A stretch of DNA of 64,000 nucleotides. It comes from Phoronis australis. Lineage: Eukaryota > Animalia > Phoronida. How positions within the stretch are numbered: the stretch's first letter is position 1; the number at the start of each line of letters is the position of its first letter. Where the stretch lies: positions 26,509 through 90,508 of the forward strand of contig NMRA01000773.1 of NCBI GenBank assembly GCA_002633005.1. Direction: 5' to 3'. Shown here piece after piece: positions 51,131 through 63,647 of the stretch. A program made the position numbers and the translations under genes. The notes under the pieces are model-generated. The model saw only the letters and a program-made list of their open reading frames with translations, made no database searches and had not been told where the DNA came from.

Positions 51131-52868
51131 AACAAGAGCAACGCAGAGCGCTGAAATGCGCCCACGAATGCATCGCAAATGGTATGCTTTTAGGGTTATT
51201 TATTTGTATCATAAAAATGGCCACTAGATGGCGCAAAAACGTACAATCCATTCAAAAACGGTAACACGCCATATTTCATAAAAATCTGTCAAGGAACTTC
51301 AGAGGAACAAAGGAAAACAGAACAAAATGTAATTGCAACTTGTAGGCACAGCGTCCGTTCGATCCGCCTGAAAGTCGTCGCCTGTTATAAATTCACTTAC
51401 AAATTTAATAAAGATCCTGCAGTGGGTTTTGGAGATACAGCTATGGACACAAACAAAAAAATACCACTAGGAGGCGCCAAAGTAGTCAGTCGCCTTCATC
51501 AAACGTCCTCTTTACACTGAAAACATACACGCCAATTTTCAAAACCATCCCTAGAATGATTTAGTTGATCGAGGGGTGGACGCCAAAAACAAGATTTGAA
51601 AACAGAAAAACGGCCACCAGGTGGCACAAAATACCTCGATTCCATACAAAAACAGGATGATAGCGTCATCTCACCAATACATGCCAAATTCAAAATTTTA
51701 TGAAAATCTGCTGAGGTCCTTTGAAGATACGGACTGGTAAATGTAAAAAAACTAAAATTGCCACTAGGGGGCAAACCAGTAATCATAATCCGTCTGAAAG
51801 TCGTCGTCGTCAATTGTCAACATCATATAAATAAAACCGCTAAATAAAGTAATGATCCTGCAAACGTTTTAATAGATATAGCCATGAGCGCAAAATAACT
51901 GTCACTAGGAGGCGCCACAGTAGTCGAACTCGTTGGAAAATCATCGTTAGCCGTTCACTGCATAGTAAAAACATACATGCCAATTTTCACAATTATCCTG
52001 AAAGCGGTTTGGTTGATAGACGAGTGGACGCAAAAAAAAGACTCGAAAACAGTAAAATTGGCCACTAGGTGGTGCAAACTAAGTCGAATCCGTCTGAAAA
52101 CGGAGAGATAGCGTCACTTCATTAACAGATGCTTGTATGCCAAATTTTAGGAAAATACGCTGAGGACCTTTGAACATACAGAGGTAAACGTAAAAAAATG
52201 AAATTGCCACTAGGTGGCACACCATTAGTCAGATTCATCTGAAAGTAGTCATCCTCTGTTGTTAACATCATATCAATACCCTTACTAAATTTAGTAAAGA
52301 TCCTGCGAACGGTTTAGGAGATACAGCCATAGGCGCAAAAAAACTGCCCCTAGGAGGCGCCACAGTAGTCGAAGTCGTCGGAAAATCATCGTCAGCCGTC
52401 TACATCATAGTAAGAAGGTACATGCCAATTTTCACAATCATCCTTTGAGCGGTTTGGTTGATAGAGGGTTGGACGCAAAACAGTAAAAAATGGCCACTAG
52501 CTGGCGCAAACTACGTGGAATCCATCCGAAAACGGGAGGATAACGTCATCTCCTTAATACTGTAGGTGCCTACCAAATTTTATGAAAATCCGTTTAGGAC
52601 TTTTGAAGATACAGAGGTAAACATAAAAAACAAAATTTGCCACTAGGGGGCACACCGGTAGTCAGATCCGTCCGAAAGTTCGCTCATGCCTTCCCATCTA
52701 CGGAAGGAACACATACCTGTATGCACAATTTCACGAACATACGTCAAGGCGTTTTGGAAATAGAGCAGCGGTTGCCGGAAGCCGGAAACCGGAACGCCGG
52801 ACGGATGGACGGACGGACGGGGATGACGGCATAATGCGTCCACATATAAATGTGTGGGCGCATAAAAA
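51131..52868. mobile_element. Helentron-associated non-autonomous element (HINE/DINE-like) with a central tandem array
   Basis: AACAAG start, subterminal ATGCGCCCAC (51156), ~146 bp monomer array, (GGAC)n microsatellite (~52800), hairpin ATGCGTCCACA..TGTGGGCGCAT (52834-52863) and an ATAAAAA end. Confidence 0.8.
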
Positions 52869-53498
52869 TGAACAACTTTAAAGTAAATAACATTAGGACT
52901 CCTTATTTCTTGACTTGATGTTTTGATACTCGTGTCAAAACAAAAATCTAAACAAACGACAACGTCACTGAGTGTAACGGTGTTTCTAAATACACATACT
53001 ACCGCAGTACCCATCGATCTGGGGCTCAATTTGCCTTTAAAAGACCTCTTCCTTCAACACTTCCTATGAAAAATTATCAAGCAGGTTAATATTTTTATGC
53101 ACTGAAGTACATACCATGATTGAAATTAAATGTGCACCACGAACTGCAGTCAAAATTGCACAAAAAGCGGTGTAATATGTCCGCCATGTATCACTACGTC
53201 ACGTGTAGTTAAACACAGTTCAGCCATTTTGACAATAATTTTAGACAAGCACTATTTTGTTGAAAATGGGAGAGCACAGCATTTAAGTTCGTCTAAAATG
53301 AAATGGTGCTGACGTATCGCAGTCATAAATTTAAATACTGTGAATTTTCAAATAAATCTGTCAAGTCGCTTAGAAAAATAATTGACAGACGAGGAAAATA
53401 TTGTGGATGCAAGATATACTGCAGTAGTGGGCAAATTATAATCACATACGCGACCTTAGAAAATAACCAATGCTAGTCTATGATTTGTAAACAGGAGC

Positions 53499-53624
53499 AA
53501 CACAATGCACCTACTACTGCACCTTAAACAACACAATGCACCCACTACTGCACCTTAAACAACACAATGCACCCACTACTGCCCCTTAAACAACACAATG
53601 CACCCACTACTGCACCTTAAACAA
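53499..53624. repeat. 31 bp minisatellite, 4 copies
   Basis: AACACAATGCACCCACTACTGCACCTTAAAC. Confidence 0.95.
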
Positions 53625-54187
53625 TATGTTTACGAGGGTTTGTTACGCTCATGTAATATAGATCATTGACCAACGACAACCAGGATGTTAACTATATGTT
53701 ACAACAAGACATAATTTAAATAAGCAATAGGAATAAATAAAAAAACAATAAATAAATAATAAATGAACAATAATAAATAAACAATAAATCTTGGATTAGA
53801 ACAGATATATGATAATATTACAATAACAAAATTAGTATGTAAATAATAATAGTAAATATAATTATCTTTCAGATGTGAATGTTTTAAGACTACAGAAAAA
53901 AATGAAAGTATTTCGAAGCATCAATGAGCATAGAATAAACTAATCAGTAGTTCCCAAAATCACGCAATCCATTTGCGATAATTCTCTCTATATGATCGAT
54001 CAAATGCAGGGAACAGTAGAGACATTAAATTCAAATCACCCAGCCCAGCACTGATTGACTGGATACAGTTTCATGCAGAAACATCCTTAGTTTCAATCGT
54101 GAACATTATCTATCTTGACTTCCTAAAACCGCTCTGAGGTGGTGGCGTATTACAACTATAATTAAAACCTCTAGTCTATATACACTG

Positions 54188-54231
54188 TCACGACGTTTCG
54201 CTCGGTCTCTTCTCCGGCCACCGTCAGGTGT
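54188..54231 (-). ncRNA. Degenerate minimal type I hammerhead ribozyme in the Penelope pLTR
   Basis: Minus strand CAC-CUGACGG-[stem II]-GAAAC-GUC-GUG. Core A9 is replaced by G and stem II is imperfect. Confidence 0.6.
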
Positions 54232-54384
54232 TCCCGCGTTCTTAGAAGAACGAGCGCGGATACGTGGTACACACATGATGTGATTTTTTTGGTACGAGGC
54301 AGGAGTCATCCAATTACTTAGAGGAAATTTTATTATACTTAAACCTTCTTAAGTAGACTGAGCCAGGTGTCACGTGGTTGTTTG

Positions 54385-55979
54385 CTTGGATGACTGAAGA
54401 CATTGTCTTGTACTTTCATGTACATGGCTTCCTTGATCTTTCTTTTGGTACAACCTCTTTCACTGTCAAGTATTCAGATGTTATTCCACTGGATGTTGTG
54501 TTGTTTCGACCACATGTGTTCTGCTACTCCTGATGAGGTATTACCTTCTCTACAGCACCTCTTATGCTCAGCAATTCTTGTCTTCAGTGGTCTTAATGTT
54601 TCACTGATATACGATTCACCACATTCACATGGGATTTCATCGATGACATTTTTCTTTTTTTCCCATGTCAGTTCTTGCTTTGACTTTTGTCAATCGCCGA
54701 CCCAGTGTGTCTGAGCTGCGGTATACTGTTCTTATTTTAAATTCTCTACATATGCGCCCTAGCTTCTCGGTTATTCCGGGTATATACGGTAAGCACATAG
54801 TCTGCAGTGGGCGTTCTTCTGCCACTGCGATGTTAAAGCCGACTTGATGAGATCCCTTGGGTAGCCATTTCTTTCGAATGTCTCCGTCAGGTTGGTCATT
54901 TCTGCTTGGAGTGCTGTATCACTGCAGATGTCCTTTGATCTTGATGCAAAGCATTTGATTATACCCTTCTTGACTCCTTTGGTGTGGTTGGAGATGAAGT
55001 CAAGGTACCGTCCTGTGTGGGTCTTCTTATAGTAGAAAGACGTTGTTAACTGTCCTTCGACACGAGTCACTAGTACGTCTATGAACGGGAGACTGTTATT
55101 TGTCTGTTCTTCCATTGTGAATATAATTGTTCAGATGGCGAAGGAACTCTGATGGATTTTCTGAGTCTTGGCTGAATATTGTGAATGTGTCATCAACGTA
55201 TCGTTTCCACATCTTCGGGGGTCTGCTAGCTGAGCTGAGAGCTGTTCGTTCAAACCACTCTATGTACACGTTAGCTAAGACTGGTGATAGTGGTGAACCC
55301 ATTGCCATTCCTTGTGTCTGCTCGTTGAACTTGTCTTGGTATTGGAAGTAGGTGGTATTGACACAGAATGTCACTAATTCCAGAATGGAGCCTATTGGGA
55401 GGTTTACATCCTCTGATGGCTTGTGTTCATGTTCTAACTTTGACCCGAGGAATGGGAGAACCTGTGCTGTTGGTATACATGTACATGTGAATAGGCTTTC
55501 GACATCAAAGCTCACCATGGTGTCATTTGGTGTAATGCTGACTGATGACAACATTGACACGAAGTGCTTCGAGTCCTTTACGTACGAGTCAGTTTTTCTA
55601 ACTAGTGGGGATGTGATGTTGTTGAGGAATCTAGCTAGTTGGTGGCAGGGAGAACCAATGTTGCTTATAATTGGTCTCATCGGCATATCAGGTTTGTGTA
55701 TCTTAGGTTTATCATACATGTGCGGGCTTTTGTGTTGTTTGGGTTGATTCTCTGGAGTGTGTCACGTGGTATTGAACCTTCTACACTTTTCAGGAGGGAC
55801 TTGATTTTTCTTTCTACGCTCTTGGTCTTGTCAGATTTTACTTCCTTGTACTGCCCGCTAGATAGTAGATCAGTCATCTTCCTGTTGTAGTCATTCTTAT
55901 CAAGTACTACTGTTGCATTGCCTTTGGCAGCTTGTAGGATGATGATGTTTTCATCCCGGGATAGGCTACGTAGGGCCAT
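54385..55979 (-). pseudogene. Penelope reverse transcriptase + GIY-YIG endonuclease (frameshifted)
   Basis: RT: MRPIISNIGSP, SFDVESLFT, QGMAMGSPLSPVLAN, KRYVDD, LPFIDVLV. Endonuclease: IPCECGESYISETLRPLKTRIAEH...RKIKEA. Confidence 0.93.
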
Positions 55980-56288
55980 GTCATTACACCTGTTTAAGTG
56001 TATATAGACTAGAGGTCGGTGTAAATAGACCGAGATTTTAATAATAATTATCTATCTTAACCAGTGGGGAAGCGAAAAAAGCAAAAGTCACGAATTTCCA
56101 ATTAACGGTTGTTGCATCCGTAGGCTGTGCAAAAACCACCTCTGCTTTTTTGCCCATCGGAGCAGTCATATCTTGCCATTTATGTTAATTGTACATACGC
56201 CCGCTAGACGTCTCTACGGTCCATGAAACAACAATGTCCGCTAGTGGCAGTCCCATGGGATTTCGCTAGATTTGTCACCCTCTCTACG

Positions 56289-58115
56289 CTCGCTGGTTCC
56301 ATGCGTGCCTCTAGGAAGTCAGGAGCCAGCACGCAGGTATCACTTAATTTTCCTCGGGATTTTTTTACACCGGCGTTTCTGATTGGTTGGTCAAATTTTC
56401 AACGGGCAGCGTTTACGCAAGCAAACTGGCATGACTGATGGAGCAATTGTAAATATGGTCTGTTGTACCGACAAATCGGTGCTTAAAATTTATGTTCAGG
56501 AAATCTGAATCCCAGAAATTGTGGTTGCGTCTTTTCGGAGTACATCTTTCTACTGTCGATGACTTTTTTTTTAAGTGATATATACTCGGGAACCCAATGG
56601 TGGTCCGCCTTAGCATAAAACCGACTTGTTGTCGTACTCACCCAATTATTCCACTTCAAAGTTATGCTCTGAATAGGGTTTGATTTAACTCTCACAAATA
56701 TATAGTATGCCGAGATGTTCAAGTGAGTATTGCTTTTCGGCAGCCATATTTTAATGACTCCTATGGTCGTCATATGCTGCCGCCTTTTGAAAGAACAGAA
56801 AACCACACAAAAAACGGCCAAGAAAATAGTGGAAAGTGGTTTACAGCAATTCTATTTCAACCACAAACTGTTTTAATAGTATGATATAGATTTTTAAATC
56901 GATTAAAATTGATTTAGAATTTCAGTTCTGGAAAATAAATCGCAATTGTTTTATCCCAGATAGACCTTACTTATTTTGTATTTGTGACCTCTTTATTTGA
57001 CTTTTTGCTCTTGTTGTTCTTAAAACCACTTATCTATGCTGTCTTTCTTTTCCTTTTCAGTTTCTCTTCATTCAGCCAAAACAGAACTGTAACCCTTTGA
57101 AACTTTGTCGGCGCAAGTTGATAATTGAACCTCGATACAATTGTTCTAATAAATTACCCAATATCGTATTGTTCGATTTTTTCTCACCTTTAACAGGTTT
57201 CTGAAATCATAAATAAATAAATACCCAAGTTGCATTTGCATTTTATTGCTCAATCTCTTCTTTATTTTTGATTATGTCATGCTGTGTTGTATGTAACAAT
57301 GCAATATAGTGAAATAAAGTCAATGTTTTACTTTATTGGTGACCATTCTCTATCAATTCAAGTATTTAATTTTCTCCAAATAAATTCAAAATGCTTTAAC
57401 CAAAATGTTCAACATAAATGTTGAGCTCAGTACTTTGTTTTGCAATAAAAAACAAGTGGACAAGGTCGTGAGGGACACATTCGAAAGCAGGACCTATGGA
57501 TAACTTAGCTGAAACACGTTTTAGAATTGGTATAAGGCTAAAACTGCTTACCACTATAGACCACCCAGTATTGACTGATCAGCTCATATGTTCGGTGTTG
57601 TCCAGTCTTCTGAATTTAAGTTAACTTTCTCACAGGCATTATTTCAACTTGAAACTAATTATAAACTAAAGTATGGTGACAGACAGTGCTCAACGTGAAT
57701 TTTTCACGGGCAAAATAAAGCAGTAATAATTAATTAATGTTATGGGAAACCATTCTGAAACCCACAACAAAAATCATATGTAGTTGTATGTTCTGCACCT
57801 GACTGACAGAGAACAGTGTCTTTTGTTTACGATACTGTCCTGTGTTCATACAGTATGAATAACACCGCACCGGTTAAATCGGCCAGATATGTGATTATTT
57901 TACATGTATGTGCTTCAAGCACGCGGCTTGTAAACATTACTGCAAAAATGAAATAGTTGCTGCTACGCCACTTGCTAAGAATCGTTCATAGTAAGCCATT
58001 TTTTCACGTTGTTGTAAAGCTAACCAATAACTGCCGAGGTTACACCAACCAATGCGAAAGTGCGTGCTACTGCGTGATACCTGCGTGCTGGCTAGGCACG
58101 TAGGGAACCAGCGAA
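56289..58115 (-). mobile_element. CTCGCTGGTTCC TIR family, copy 3 (inverted), interrupted by ~1.2 kb of unrelated AT-rich sequence
   Basis: Halves at 56289-~56565 and ~57815-58115. CCTCTCTACG is duplicated at 56279-56288 and 58116-58125. Confidence 0.85.
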
Positions 58116-60993
58116 CCTCTCTACGGTAGTCTGTTTGTATATCACTTGCACGTGGGCTCATTTGAATACCTGTGGCTTGTAAGGGTGGCACAGTTTGGCA
58201 TTTTCATCGTAGTCTAAACTTTTTTAACATAAAGATGTCCATACACGAGGGAGAAGTAAGATGTACTTAAGGTAATTTTCAAGGTTGTTATGAGCTTTGG
58301 CAGTAATTTCATTGCTTTCTTCATTAACATGTTCTCAGCAGATTATATTACATTGCGTTCATTACAGAACGATTTGCGTCAAACGGACGGATAAGGTATC
58401 ACAACGAACGACATAATTAGTGAATGCATTGATGCCACTATTGTTGTTCCTGAGAAATATCACTTTTTATGCTGTTCGTCGCGTCTACAAGGCTTTAAGG
58501 GAGATTTTAAAGATCCAGCCTAATTTTGCATGTAATTTATTGCGCCGACAAGATAAAACTTTAATTCTACAGTTCGACGATTTTGTTTTCGCAAGTACGT
58601 TGGCATTGTCAGTTGTGTTTCATAATACGCTCCGGATGTTTCCGGTAAAGCTTCCTCGTAATTTCAAGAGATGACAAATGTTTGTTAAAGAAGACGAACG
58701 GTTTGACTGAGTACCCTCAGATGTCATTGGTTTGGAGTACAGGTTTTTGTATGTGTGCCGCGTAGATGTCTATGCATTACTAGGAAAACCCTTCAAGTTA
58801 GTGACACGCGTAGTTTCAACTTTTAGAATTATTCCAGACCAATGTAATACGAGTGTATTAACAACTATGTTGTCGAGATCTGATTGAATGTTTTTACAAA
58901 AATAAGCACATCTAAGGGGGTTCTACATGGTTTTTGCTTATCGTTGAATTTTTTACACTTTCAGTTTTGTAATTTGATTTCGCCAAGTGAACAAAAATCT
59001 GCAAAAGTGTAGAGTCATTATATAATTTTATCCGTCAGAGACACCTTTGACGAAACGTTTCTAATTTACATGGTTTAGCTTAAAGCCACTTCCAATAAAA
59101 TTAGAGACTGGAATTTTTGAAAACGGATTGAAATTAAACAAAAAAATTAGGAGTACCAGTTTTAAAGTTTACTTAAAGCGTCAAACAAAATTCTTGAGTC
59201 ATGAAAATCCTTGCAAATTCACATTTCGTCTTAACGAAAATTAAAAGAAAGAAAACACAATTTTAAGTTGTAAATGTTCTTGAATGCTCTGTAAGTCAGT
59301 ATAGCAAAGGGGAATCCAGTTCAAAAACTTAAAACATATACTAAATTAAGTAATATGTAACATGGCATAATGTTTACATCCTTTCTATTATCAAACTAAA
59401 AGCCTTTTTGAGCATAATTGTGTATCGCCGCTGAGACCACAAAAATCGACTATTCAGGTCTATTTCCGTGACCTGAGTTCCTGCGTGGAATTTTGTTTAT
59501 CTTGGCTTCTCATTGGTTAAAGTAATGAAACCGACGCCATAGCATTCAGTCATTCTCATTGGTTGAAATCTGGGAAACCCTTTCAATTTGCTGTTAGTAG
59601 TATGGTGACCGACTTTGACTTAGAATAGTTGCAATTTATTAAAACGGGCAGTAGCCTAATCGAAGTAAACAAAAACAAGGAAACCGTGATATCGCAGCTA
59701 AGTCCAAACAAGTACACTGTATTGAAGGTGTGTGCAAGTGGTGGCGATGTGATCGATAAACTTCCGACCAAGCATGCGCATTGATGTCCACTCACGCAGT
59801 TCCGTGTGTCGTTTATCATGTTTCCACAGGGCCACTTTTCAGTATAGGTGGCGCTGTGTCAGAGGGTATAACGATTCTTGAATGACGGTCATCTGGTCAT
59901 TGAAAACGTATTGCCATAACCGTGAGCGTAACTGCGTTGGGACTTTTATTCTCATTTTTGTTCTTTTAATACAAATTTGATAATTTATTGTCCAAATTTT
60001 ACCTCCTCTTTGCATATGACGAATGGTATTTCATGCTTAATCATAAGTTCGTGAAGTACGTCGCAGCCAACATTTGGCTACATCGCGAGGGTACGTCAAA
60101 TGTCACCAACAGTACCCGTTTAGGTAATAAATTAAAGGAAAGAAGTTTCTAGATCAGCAAATGTATTGCCATATCGTGAAAGTACCAGCCTGGAGTGAAC
60201 AATTTCCGTGTGACAACCAGGACGTGTGAACGCTTTGCGCACTTGGCTGCAAATCAGAACCGGCTTTACTGGCTGTTCAAAATGTAAAATAGACAAAAAG
60301 CATCCTCACGCGGCAATGCTTCAATAAACAAAACTAAGCTTTATCACAAAGCAGTGAGCACCAGACCTCAATGGCAATAACGCCCATATTGCTTCCTGGA
60401 CAAAGAAACCGGCAAAGCAATTCCCTGCAGTTACCGAGAGTCTTCGGCAGGAAAATAACCACTCGCTAAATTGGCTTGGATTTTCGATTATTGGGGAAAT
60501 ATATTTTAAAACCAGGCAAAAACGATAGATATACACCTTTGTCTCAATATAAATATTCCATGACGCAAACGGGAGGGGGGGAGTGTAGTGAATTGTAGTC
60601 AATGAGCTGAATGTCGGCGATGAGAAAATATCGCAGTGTTAAGAGCATGACGCAATGTTCTTTAATCTCTTTGTCACACGAATTTCACTCATTCAAGGCG
60701 CGGGTAGCTAATTAATATGTTCATCTTGCCCAGCGGAACACACTCCGCGCACGGCAGGCCAGGCGGTTCGGCTCCGCCGGGTAGTACCTTACACGGATGT
60801 TTCAGTCTGAGTGGGAATTATTCCTTTTACGTTAAACTCATTAATACTTATATTATACCATTGGACACCATGACAAGCAAGATTTCTTACTGAAGTTGTT
60901 TCTCCACCAAATGGTATTCTGTCGTTCATTGTTGGCATTCAGCCGCCCAGCCATAACAGAAGTCGAGTAGACCACCGCCCGTACCGTAGTTAA

Positions 60994-62689
60994 AGGAGGA
61001 TGCCACCCGATTTAATTAGTCTTTTTTGCCGTCTTAATCGGTCTATATCCACATCGCCTCGCATACGGTCGACCTTACCTTGCCAAGAGGTGTCGCGTTA
61101 ACCTGTGAGGAAGGTGAGAAACGACACTAGCGACGTCACTGGTTCATGAATGCCGCTATGTTTCGGTGCAACGTTCCCGCTTGTCCGAACTAAGCAGCTG
61201 CGAGGAAAGCGGGTATAACGTTTTTTTTTACTTCCTCGAGAGTCCAAAATGCTTAGCAAGTGGCTCATGGTAGTGAAGAATGAAATGTACGCTGTAAATA
61301 GCAAGTATGAGGCCGTGAAACATCTCCGTGTCTGTGGCCTGCAGACGTCGACAGTGCCTGACGAATGCCAGCTTACCAAATAACTCCATACGTTCCGTTC
61401 AGTGTCTGAGCTTGTTCACTGACGGCGCCCTCTAGTATTTCTTCATCACTGTATTCCTGTTCGAATTGATAGCCTGTAAATCTTAACGATCCACCTGCGA
61501 AGTCGGGACTGATGAGCGCTAGCTCGTCCAAGTCGGCCCGGGGATTGCGAGATGCCATGTTGCCGTTTATTACTGAGCGTTCTGTTTCAAAATGAATTAT
61601 TCTCACCCTAACCAATACTTATATAAAACTGAAACAAAGCCTGTCTCATTAGATGCAATTTGTAATGCCTCTGGAGTGTTCGTAAGTGTAAATGATTTGA
61701 GAAGCCAGCCATGAATAAATCACTGCGTTACCGGCTTTAGGTGCAATAAAACTAATTGACGGGACACCTACAAGTAGGCCGTGTGAGCTCATGCTAATTT
61801 AGTGTTTGCTGTCAGAAACTGTTGTGAAACAACTCGATTTCCATACCACGGCCAGGTATTAGGGGAATCTTTATTTACATTTACATTACTCAAATAATGA
61901 TTGTCAATGTACAACTTCTGCCCTGACGGTGCTGTGGCCACAGCGGAACCTCAGTGAATTTGCGGCCCCCGACGAGTAAATAGATTTGCAGTTTCGTGGC
62001 TAATTCACCAACATAATCAGGTGCACATTACTTCGGCTCACTACTATAGTATTTTCTTGACTGGAAGTTTATTTTCCACTGAACTTTGGCTGATTTATGT
62101 TCGTGATGTCTGATCAGTTTCCGAGCCACTGGCCGGGATAACGAGTCAGTCCGGGCGGCCGCGACGGGCCTGATCTTGCTCCGACTGAGCCAATGGCCAG
62201 GCTAACAAGCGTTTTGTGTTTAGAACTCAAGAAATCACAAGTCTAAATAACACAGATCTAGGTTTTCCTGTCTGTATCTCACAGAAAACACTTTGAAATT
62301 ATGTCCGAACAGACCCCAAACTCCTGCTACGGACCTTATTGGCCTGCCGAACTTTGTAGGCTACGGTGTGTCCAAATACCAATAAATCCGTAAGAGCGAA
62401 ATAAAACAACACGTTTTTATAAGACCTCGGTGTGTTTTTAAGGGTTTTACATCGAAGTTTGATGATTTATTGGTGTTAAACGATGACTTCAAGCAATAAG
62501 CTGACAATAGTAACCCGTGTTGTGAACTGCTGAACAGACTGCGTGTGAAACCGATGACGTCATTGGATAATTTCAACACCTCCGTCTGCCGTCAGGTGTC
62601 AGGTAACGCAACCGTACGTGTCGTTATGGAGTAGAACTACTCGATCTAAATTGATACAAATTGGGTTGTTTTTTGGGTGGCATGCTCCT
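60994..62689 (+). mobile_element. Kolobok family 1, copy 3
   Basis: TIR AGGAG(G/C)ATGCCACCC, TTAA at 60990-60993 and 62690-62693. THAP remnant from 61150. Confidence 0.9.
61377..61558 (-). pseudogene. First exon of a KolX-like second Kolobok gene
   Basis: MASRNP...GYQFEQEYSDEEI...VIW ends at a TG|GTAAG donor. It resembles the YxFEPE...W N-terminus of KolX / P2X7-C-terminal-like proteins. The equivalent is at ~6610-6785 in copy 1. Confidence 0.6.
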
Positions 62690-63580
62690 TTAACACCTAA
62701 CTTTATTTTCGATATTTTCGCAAGTTTAATCGTCAGATTATTCTAGCTGCGTAACAATTTTATTCAATTATTTTGATATTGCATTGATCGTTGTTCTGTT
62801 TATACTGTTTGTTTACCAGAGTTAGTTACACCCAGTAAAACACGCTCAGCTTAATCAGTCCAAAATCGGTTATTCAATCGTTGCACAGAACTGTGACTAG
62901 TCCGTAATCTTATGCACGTGTGTGACACTATCTTCGTATGTGTACGGCATTTATGCTTTGAACCATTTATTCCTATAAAGTAGCCGGGGACGGCATGCCT
63001 TCCCCTTTTGCCAGTGCGCAGTGGTCTCGATCGGTCCGCACCGGGTTATCGACTGCTGGTCCGAGTACGGCCAAATAATTTCTGTCAAAATTTATTTTGT
63101 CACATTTTGTCAAGAATTTCAATACAAATTGTCCCTATTTTGATTTAATTAAAGTTATGGTCCGCTGTCGATTATTTTATCCCCGTTTGCAGGTTGGTAA
63201 CGGACACTGCTTCAGTCGCTCAGCCGGCGTTCTTAAGCCAGGGTTCCTAATTGAATTGTACTTCCAGGTTAGCGGTTAGTTCAAAATGGCGGTGTGCAAA
63301 AAGGTGTGCTACTAGGAAATAAAATGTTTGGCTCTTTCAAGCATAAAATTGTGATTACGAACAATTTGCCTATTTGCAGCTTGTCGCGTGGATCATCAAA
63401 TTCTCGTTCAGCTCGTGCACCAGGTGTATTAACAAATGCTGGACCACTTAATGGAAAGTCCACTGTGATGCAACGTGCATGTTGAACAAATCACCATGAT
63501 GGCGACGCGGTAGAAAGAGCGCAAGAACGACAACACTGCACGATACGATGTTGGTTTATACTGCAACTGTGCAAGACGGT

Positions 63581-63616
63581 GGTCAAAAAGGTCAAAAAGG
63601 TCAAAAAGGTCAAAAA
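63581..63616. repeat. (GGTCAAAAA)x4
   Basis: Direct reading. Confidence 0.9.
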
Positions 63617-63647
63617 TCAACACATTAATCCCGCTCCATATAGAAGC

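Larger units (their letters stand above)
54120..56046 (-). mobile_element. Penelope-like retroelement, 5'-truncated
   Basis: RT plus GIY-YIG coding remnant. Inverted pLTR fragment (54168-54185 vs 55997-56014). Flanking direct repeat ATTATCTATCTT at 54105 and 56047. Confidence 0.9.
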
